From: Micrococcus luteus NCTC 2665
GTDB lineage: Bacteria; Actinomycetota; Actinomycetes; Actinomycetales; Micrococcaceae
Direction of reading: 5' to 3'
Length of the DNA stretch: 32,000 nucleotides
Assembly (NCBI RefSeq): GCF_000023205.1
Contig: NC_012803.1
Location: 1,680,001 to 1,712,000 of the forward strand
The notes beneath the pieces were generated by a model. The model worked only from the letters and a program-made list of their open reading frames with translations, ran no database searches and was not told the DNA's origin. Numbering within the stretch: position 1 is the stretch's first letter; each line of letters starts with the position of its first letter. A program made the translations under genes and the position numbers. This document shows, piece by piece, positions 26,001-32,000 of the stretch.

Positions 26001-27187
26001 CGCTGACCGTCCTCGTCCGCGTCGGAGATCCGTGCGGATCCGCCGGCCTCCTCCACGGGGGCCTCGAGCCGACCGGCCGTCGGGGCCGCGGCCAGACCGC
26101 CCGCCGTCGTCGCACCGGCCTCGGTGGCGGCCGCGCGGCGGCCGAAGAAGCGGGGCCTGCGGTGGGCGCCCGCGCCCTGGCGCGGGTCGAAGGCGTCGCG
26201 CAGGCCGTCGCCGAGGAAGTTCACGGACAGGGCGATCGCGAGGATGATCATGCCGGGCCACCAGAACAGCCACGGACGGGTGGTGAACGCGTTCTGGTAG
26301 TCGGAGATGAGCAGGCCCAGGGACGAGTCCGGCGCCTTCACGCCGAAGCCGAGGAAGGACAGCGAGGTCTCCAGCAGCACCGCGCCCGCGATCGCGAACG
26401 TCGCGTTCACGACGATCACGCCGATCGTGTTGGGCAGCAGGTGCTTGAAGATCAGGCGGCCCGGCTTGGCGCCCATGGCGACGGCGGCCGCCACGAACTC
26501 CTTCTCGCGCAGGGACAGGACCTCGCCGCGCACGAGGCGGGCCAGGGACGTCCAGGACACGAGGCCGAGCACCACCGCGAGCGGGAGGATGCCCATCTTC
26601 ATGCCGCTGGCCATCTGGCCGAGCACCGCGGCGAGCACGAGCAGCGGGATGACGATGATCAGGTCGGTCAGGCGCATCAGGACGGAGTCGACCCAGCCGC
26701 CGAAGTACCCGGACACGGCGCCGACGATCGCGCCGATCACGGTGGAGAGCAGGCCCACGATGGCCGCGATGATCATGGACTGCTGGGTCCCGCGCATCAC
26801 GAGGGCGAAGTAGTCCTTGCCCGTGGTGTCCTGGCCGAAGGGGTGCTCGCCCCAGCGGATGCCCTCGCCCCCGAAGGCCTGCGGCACGACCGAGAGCGTC
26901 GGGCGACCGCCGTTCACCACGGAGGCCGCGGCCGTGTAGGACTTGTCCCACCAGCCGGGGATGCCGGCGAAGCCGATGGAGGAGAACGCCATCAGCGTGA
27001 TGAAGACCAGCATGATCAGGGAGATCATCGCCGCCTTGTGGCGGAAGAACCGCTTGCGGACCAGGGCGCCCTGGGAGTAGGACTTCCCGGCCTTGGCGCG
27101 GAGCTTGGCGTCCTCCGCCTCCGCGAGGTCGAAGATCTGCTTCTCGTCGAGCTGCGCGCCCGTCGTCGAGGAGTTGTTGGTGGTCAT
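25997..27187 (-). CDS. Peptide-type ABC transporter permease (DppC/OppC-like)
   Basis: From ATG 27187 (alternative GTG 27196 forms a GTGA overlap with the upstream stop). EAA loop REKEFVAAAVAMGAKPGRLIFKHLLPNT. A ~60-aa Ala/Gly-rich cytoplasmic tail follows. Confidence 0.88.
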   Translation of the reverse strand: MTTNNSSTTGAQLDEKQIFDLAEAEDAKLRAKAGKSYSQGALVRKRFFRHKAAMISLIMLVFITLMAFSSIGFAGIPGWWDKSYTAAASVVNGGRPTLSVVPQAFGGEGIRWGEHPFGQDTTGKDYFALVMRGTQQSMIIAAIVGLLSTVIGAIVGAVSGYFGGWVDSVLMRLTDLIIVIPLLVLAAVLGQMASGMKMGILPLAVVLGLVSWTSLARLVRGEVLSLREKEFVAAAVAMGAKPGRLIFKHLLPNTIGVIVVNATFAIAGAVLLETSLSFLGFGVKAPDSSLGLLISDYQNAFTTRPWLFWWPGMIILAIALSVNFLGDGLRDAFDPRQGAGAHRRPRFFGRRAAATEAGATTAGGLAAAPTAGRLEAPVEEAGGSARISDADEDGQR

Positions 27188-27192
27188 CTGGC

Positions 27193-28713
27193 TCACACTC
27201 GAATCCGGGGGTCGAGGACGGCGTAGAGCACGTCCGCCACGAGGTTCATCAGCACGGCGGCGGTGCCCGTCACGAGGAAGAACGCCATCACGGGCATGGG
27301 GTCCACGTCGTGCAGGCCGGTGGCGAACAGCTCGCCCATCCCCTTCCAGCCGAACACCTGCTCCGTGATCACGGCGCCGCCGATCAGGCCGGCGAAGTCG
27401 AAGGCCATGATCGTGGTGATGGGGATCAGCGAGTTGCGGAACGCGTGCTTCAGGATCACCTGGCGCTCCGGCAGGCCCTTGGCGCGAGCGGTGCGGATGT
27501 AGTCCTGACGCGAGACCTCGAGCATGGAGGAGCGCGTGTACCGCGAATACGTGGCCACCGAGATGATGGTCAGCAGGATGGTGGGCAGCAGCAGCTGCGC
27601 ACCGCGGTCCAGGAACACCACCCAGAAGTGGGCGTCCAGGTTCGGAGTGCCCGAGCCGATCGTGGAGATCGGGCGCGGCTTGACCTTCAGGAAGGCCGGC
27701 CAGTAGTTCATCAGGTGCTCCGCCACGATCGCCACGCCCATGATCAGGGCGGTCACCAGCGAGGCGGACACGGCCGAGCCCTTGGAGAAGCCGCCGAGCA
27801 GGCGGCCCACCAGGATGGCCACCAGCACGAGGATGACGCCGAGGCCGGCCAGCAGCAGCGCGGACGGCGTCCGCCACAGCAGGCCGTAGGTGGCGTAGTA
27901 GGCGACGAGGCCGATCGCGGCCGTGACCAGGGCGGCCTTGAGGACCGGCCGGTTGCGCAGACCGGAGATCACCGCGGTGGCGCCGACGGCGGCGGCCAGG
28001 CCGATGACCAGCTGCACGACCGGGCCCATCTGCGGATGCCGCCAGAAGTCGACGGCGAACAGCACCCAGCCGGCGAGCAGGATGAACGCGGCGGTGGCGC
28101 CGAACGTGAAGGCGCGCCGCGCGAGGTCGCCCGCCATGACGGCCTGCAGGACCAGGCCCGCGAGGACGGCGACCCCGATGAGGAGGGGCCAGTTCAGCTC
28201 GGGGCTGCGGATCCAGTCGTTGAACCGGATCCCCATGTACTCCTTCAGGAGCACGGCCGCCCAGAACACGGGCAGCGAGAAGAAGAGGAAGATCAGGAAC
28301 GTGACCACGTAGTCGAGGCCGGAGTACTGGCGGATCGCGGTGACGATGCCGATCGCGATGCCGATGATGATCGCCAGGACGGTCGCCAGCACCACGAGGC
28401 GCAGCGTGGAGGCCGCGGCGTTGCTCAGCAGGTCTGCGACGGACTGACCGTTCCGGCTGAGGCCGAGGTCGCACTGACCGGTGACGCAGCCGCCGATGCC
28501 CTGGAGCCAGTCCCAGTACCGGGCGTACCAGGGCTGGTCCAGCCCCATGAACGCGGTGCGGGCGGCGATGAGGGTCTCACGGTTGGGGTTCTGTGACTCT
28601 CGCAGGTCCTGGAGGGGGTCACCCGAGTGGGCCACGAGGAAGAAGAGCAGGATCGACGCGCCGAACAGCACCAGGAGGGAGCTGCCGAGGCGCTTGAGGA
28701 TGAATTTCAGCAC
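27193..28713 (-). CDS. Peptide-type ABC transporter permease (DppB/OppB-like) with a large internal multi-TM insertion
   Basis: GTG 28713 gives the canonical (M)LKFILKRLGSSLLVLFG N-terminus; the track ORF starts at a TTG at 28743. EAA loop YIRTARAKGLPERQVILKHAFRNSLIPITT. About 170 extra residues carrying six hydrophobic helices lie between TM3 and the LLLPTILL helix. Confidence 0.88.
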   Translation of the reverse strand: MLKFILKRLGSSLLVLFGASILLFFLVAHSGDPLQDLRESQNPNRETLIAARTAFMGLDQPWYARYWDWLQGIGGCVTGQCDLGLSRNGQSVADLLSNAAASTLRLVVLATVLAIIIGIAIGIVTAIRQYSGLDYVVTFLIFLFFSLPVFWAAVLLKEYMGIRFNDWIRSPELNWPLLIGVAVLAGLVLQAVMAGDLARRAFTFGATAAFILLAGWVLFAVDFWRHPQMGPVVQLVIGLAAAVGATAVISGLRNRPVLKAALVTAAIGLVAYYATYGLLWRTPSALLLAGLGVILVLVAILVGRLLGGFSKGSAVSASLVTALIMGVAIVAEHLMNYWPAFLKVKPRPISTIGSGTPNLDAHFWVVFLDRGAQLLLPTILLTIISVATYSRYTRSSMLEVSRQDYIRTARAKGLPERQVILKHAFRNSLIPITTIMAFDFAGLIGGAVITEQVFGWKGMGELFATGLHDVDPMPVMAFFLVTGTAAVLMNLVADVLYAVLDPRIRV

Positions 28714-28781
28714 AACAGGGGGTGACCTTCCGTGCGAGTGCAAGGGAAAGGGAGGGGTGCGGGTTCGCCGCGGTTCACGGC

Positions 28782-28812
28782 CAGAGCCCGGCCGGTGCCC
28801 GGCCGGGCTCTG
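28782..28812 (-). terminator. Perfect 14-bp stem / 3-nt loop hairpin between the SBP and permease genes
   Basis: cagagcccggccgg (28782-28795), tgc loop, ccggccgggctctg (28799-28812). Confidence 0.6.
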
Positions 28813-28827
28813 TCCTCGATCCCGACG

Positions 28828-28856
28828 CCGGCGGTCCGCGGGAGGCGGACCGCCGG
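28828..28856 (-). terminator. Perfect 12-bp stem / 5-nt loop hairpin immediately after the SBP gene
   Basis: ccggcggtccgc (28828-28839), gggag loop, gcggaccgccgg (28845-28856). It lies 20 nt downstream of the SBP stop. Confidence 0.6.
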
Positions 28857-28875
28857 GTCAGAGGTCAGCGGGGTG

Positions 28876-30735
28876 TCACTCCTGGACGCGGACCCACTGC
28901 TCCACGTTCCACAGCGCACCCGACTGGGCGGCGGTGTCGCGCACGTTGGCGACGTCGGCCTTGTGGCCGACCAGACCCGGGTGAGCGTACAGCGGGATGG
29001 CCTGGAAGTCCTCCCACAGCAGCTTCTCGATGGTCTTGGTCTGCTCCAGCTGCTCGTTCTCGTCCAGCGAGGTGGCGAGCTTGTCCCAGGCCGCGTCCAC
29101 CTCGGGGTTGTTGTAGCTCTGCTGGTTCTGGGCGCCGTCCGACTGGTAGATGTTCGCGCCGGAGGCCTTCTGGCCCGAGCCGGCCCAGGCGTAGAGGGCG
29201 GCGTCGTAGTCACCGGCCGGCATGACCTCCTTGAAGAACACCGGCGAGTTGGCGTCCTGCACGTCGAAGCCGGCCTGGTCGCAGGAGCTCTTGATGAGCG
29301 CGACGGTCTCGGTGCGACGCTGGTTGCCGGCCTGGTAGCCGAGGCGGACCGTGGGCTTGGAGACGCCCGACTTCTCGACGAGCTCCTTGGCCTTCTCGAT
29401 GTTCGGCTGGTCCATCTCCTTCGGGTAGGCCGCGTCCACGACCTCCTGGTACTTGTCCTGGAAGGGGAAGACCTCGCGCAGGTTCATGACCTGGGCGTCC
29501 GCGTAGATCGGCTTGATCAGGTTGTCCACGATCTGCTGACGGGGCAGGCAGAGGGCGAAGGCCTCGCGCAGCTCCGGGGAGTCGGCGAAGACCGAGCCCT
29601 CGCCGCGGTTGTAGTCCACGTGCTCCCAGGTCAGCTGGTCACCGGTCTGGACGTTGACGTCGTCGCCGAGGCCCTCGAGCTGCTGGAGGGTGTCCACGGT
29701 GGCCTGCGGCTCGATGACGTCGAGGTCGCCGTTCTGCAGGGCCTGCACGTGGGTCTTGGGGTCGGCGAAGCGGAGGACGAGCTCCTTGGTGGCCGCCGGG
29801 GCGCCCCCGTACTCGGGGTTGGCCTCGAGGGTGATGGACTGGCCGGCCTGCCAGCCGCCGTCCTTGAACTTGTAGGGGCCCATGGAGGGCACCAGCGAAG
29901 CGTCCGGCAGCTCGCCGGGGCTGAAGTCCCAGCCGTCGTTCCAGAACTCGGCCGCCGGGGTGAGCGCCTCGACGTCCTTCTCCTTCGCGGCGGTGACGAG
30001 CTCCTCGAAGCTCATGCCCGCCTCCTTGGCGACGACGTGCGCCGGCAGCGCGGTGCTGATGAGGATCTCCCAGTCCGCGTAGGGCTCCGGGTAGGTGACG
30101 GTGAACTCCTTGCCGTCGGCCTCGCCCTCGGGCGCCTCCGGGATGTACTTGCCCTGCTCGAAGGAGATCGAGTCGAACAGCGGGGTCTCGGCACCCTCGG
30201 CCTTGATCGTGTCGTTGTTCGCGGCCCAGTGGACGATGAAGTCGCCCGCGGTGACGGGGGTGCCGTCGGACCACTTGGCGTCGTCGCTGATGGTGTACTT
30301 CACGGTCAGCGGGTCGTCCGAGGTCTTCTCGTACCGTCCGAAGTCCTTGTCCGGGATGATCGAGCCGTCGGTGCCGAAGTACCAGAAGGACGAGAACATG
30401 CGGTCCGCGACGGCCGAGTTGTACGTGGTGTACGTGTTCGACTGCAGGCCGTTGTAGGACAGGAAGTCGTCGGCGCCCACCGAGTAGGCGATGGAGCCGT
30501 CCTGGGTCTTGACGTCGCCCAGGTCGGCCTTCCCCGGCCCGGAGGCCTCGGCGGTGAGCTTCTGGCCCTTGTCCCCTTCGATGACGTTGCCGGCGCCCGA
30601 GTCGCCGCCCTGGCTGGCGCCGGAGCCGCTGCTGCTGGAGTCGCCTGCGTTGCCGCCGCCCGGGGCGCACGCGGAGAGGATGAGGGCCGAGCCGGCGGCC
30701 AGGGCCGCGGCAGCGGAGAGCTTCGTGTACTTCAT
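28876..30735 (-). CDS. ABC transporter substrate-binding lipoprotein, family 5 (peptide/nickel)
   Basis: Signal peptide plus lipobox LILSAC, a Ser/Gly-rich linker, then a ~570-aa SBP_bac_5-like body. It is the first gene of the SBP-permease-permease-ATPase operon. Confidence 0.88.
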   Translation of the reverse strand: MKYTKLSAAAALAAGSALILSACAPGGGNAGDSSSSGSGASQGGDSGAGNVIEGDKGQKLTAEASGPGKADLGDVKTQDGSIAYSVGADDFLSYNGLQSNTYTTYNSAVADRMFSSFWYFGTDGSIIPDKDFGRYEKTSDDPLTVKYTISDDAKWSDGTPVTAGDFIVHWAANNDTIKAEGAETPLFDSISFEQGKYIPEAPEGEADGKEFTVTYPEPYADWEILISTALPAHVVAKEAGMSFEELVTAAKEKDVEALTPAAEFWNDGWDFSPGELPDASLVPSMGPYKFKDGGWQAGQSITLEANPEYGGAPAATKELVLRFADPKTHVQALQNGDLDVIEPQATVDTLQQLEGLGDDVNVQTGDQLTWEHVDYNRGEGSVFADSPELREAFALCLPRQQIVDNLIKPIYADAQVMNLREVFPFQDKYQEVVDAAYPKEMDQPNIEKAKELVEKSGVSKPTVRLGYQAGNQRRTETVALIKSSCDQAGFDVQDANSPVFFKEVMPAGDYDAALYAWAGSGQKASGANIYQSDGAQNQQSYNNPEVDAAWDKLATSLDENEQLEQTKTIEKLLWEDFQAIPLYAHPGLVGHKADVANVRDTAAQSGALWNVEQWVRVQE

Positions 30736-30860
30736 GGAAGGTGCTTCCGTTCATGAGAGGTGCAAGGACGTCGCGCGCCCACATCCCTGTGGGGACCTGG
30801 TGGTGCGAGACGACCCCCGGGCCGTTCCGCCGAGACGGGACGTTCCGTGAGATGGAGCAC

Positions 30861-30889
30861 ACTGTAGCGGGCACATTCAGGTTCGCGAA
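30861..30889 (-). promoter_or_regulatory. Candidate promoter TTCGCG-N17-TACAGT for the peptide ABC operon
   Basis: The minus strand reads TTCGCG (30889-30884), a 17-nt spacer, then TACAGT (30866-30861), within the lower-GC 194-bp intergenic region. It implies a ~120-nt 5' UTR. Confidence 0.35.
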
Positions 30890-30929
30890 AGTCCGAATCT
30901 GGATCCGTCCCGTCCGTGGCGCACAGCGG

Positions 30930-32000
30930 TCAGCGACGACGGTCCGCCAGCAGCGTCCGCACGGCCCACGCCCCGCCCATGCCATGGACGCCGGCGCCCG
31001 GCGGGGTGGAGGCGGAGGCCAGATACAGCCCGGTCCGACCCGCCCGGTGCGGCCGGGGCGACGCGGTGGGGCGCAGGAGCGCGCGCGCTCCCGCGAGCGA
31101 TCCCCCCGCGATGTCGCCGCCCACGAGGTTCGGGTTCCACGCCTCCAGATCGGCTGGGCGCATCGCGACCGCGGCCCCGATCCGGTCCCGGAAGCCGGGT
31201 GCGTGCCGCTCCACCTCCGCCTCGATCAGCGGACGGACGTCGCCGGGGTGGCCGTGGGGCACATGGGCGTAGGACCAGACGACCGTGTGCCCCCGGGCGG
31301 GCCCGGTGGCCCGTGAGGGGTCCGCCGCCTGCTGCTGACAGAGCATGACGAAGGGCCGCGCCGGCATCCGGCCGGCCGCGACGTCGTCCTCGGCCCGCCG
31401 GATCTCGGCGGCGGTCCCGCCCAGGTGCACCGTCCCCGCGCCCGCGAGCCGGGCGTCGCGCCACGGGATCGGCCCGTCGAGCAGGAAGTCGACCTTGGAC
31501 ACGGACGGCCCGGGGCGCCACCGGCGCAGGGCGGCGGCGTAGCGCGGCGGCAGGCCCGTGCCGGCGACGCGCAGCACCTGGCGCGGGGTCAGGTCCAGCA
31601 CGACGGCGTCCGCGGCGGGCAGCGCGCGCAGGTCCGTGACCTCGTGACCCAGGTGCAGCCGACCGCCGTGCGCCCGCAGCACCGCCACGAGCGCGTCGAC
31701 GATCGCCCCCGACCCGCCGCGCGCCACCGGCCAGCCCGAGCTCATCCCGAGCGCGCCGAAGAGCGCACCGAACGCCGCCGTCAGGGGCCGGCTCGAGGGC
31801 AGGATCGCGTGGGCCGCCGAGCCCGTGAACAGGGCGCGGGCGGCCGCCGTGCGGAACATCGCCCGGCCCAGCAGATCGGCCGGCCACGGGGCGCGCAGGC
31901 CGAGCCGGGCCATCGCCACCGGATGGGGCGGGGGGCGCAGCACTGGGCCGAGCGCGCCCGCCAGGATCTCGTCGACGTGCGCGACCAGGGCCCCGTGCAC
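30930..32000 (-). CDS. Phytoene-desaturase-family (CrtI-like) NAD(P)/FAD-dependent oxidoreductase, 5' end outside the window
   Basis: The ORF is open to the window edge. The C-terminal signature is GLYLASASTPPGAGVHGMGGAWA, and the body resembles CrtI-related amine-oxidase-fold proteins. Confidence 0.75.
   Translation of the reverse strand: MHGALVAHVDEILAGALGPVLRPPPHPVAMARLGLRAPWPADLLGRAMFRTAAARALFTGSAAHAILPSSRPLTAAFGALFGALGMSSGWPVARGGSGAIVDALVAVLRAHGGRLHLGHEVTDLRALPAADAVVLDLTPRQVLRVAGTGLPPRYAAALRRWRPGPSVSKVDFLLDGPIPWRDARLAGAGTVHLGGTAAEIRRAEDDVAAGRMPARPFVMLCQQQAADPSRATGPARGHTVVWSYAHVPHGHPGDVRPLIEAEVERHAPGFRDRIGAAVAMRPADLEAWNPNLVGGDIAGGSLAGARALLRPTASPRPHRAGRTGLYLASASTPPGAGVHGMGGAWAVRTLLADRRR

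Overview
This is a very GC-rich actinobacterial chromosomal segment with a Micrococcales/Corynebacteriales-type core gene order. It is densely coding and I call 29 CDSs. In window order they are: a 5'-partial aminopeptidase P; a long divergent pyruvate-kinase-like protein; a conserved module (YflT-like membrane protein, soluble MgtE-N/CBS protein, DUF1003, Mrp); TatB; a membrane ZAS anti-sigma factor; an O-methyltransferase; DUF3117; a DivIVA-domain protein coupled to a LOG-family protein; gluABCD; dapE and dapD; a DUF559/AbiEi-like ORF; gltA; dapC-fdxA plus a small membrane protein; typA; a 4-gene peptide-type ABC importer; and a partial CrtI-like FAD oxidoreductase. I see no rRNA, tRNA, CRISPR array, transposase or integrase. 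Most long ORFs in the six-frame track that overlap these genes are Arg/Pro/Gly-rich shadow frames. The only clearly accessory piece is a 1.37-kb islet between the convergent core genes dapD and gltA. It holds a single nuclease-like ORF bracketed by two copies of a ~50-bp palindromic element. One copy is a perfect 25-bp stem; the other is decayed but differs at three base pairs by compensatory double substitutions. Other points worth a second look: an anti-sigma factor with no sigma gene next to it; an Mrp homologue lacking the CxxC cluster motif; a DppB-type permease with an insertion of about six extra TM helices; a recurrent TAGNNT -10 box 6-8 nt upstream of seven start codons (predicted leaderless mRNAs); and strong hairpins directly after both ABC substrate-binding-protein genes. 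All family assignments come from motif recognition by eye and no searches were run.
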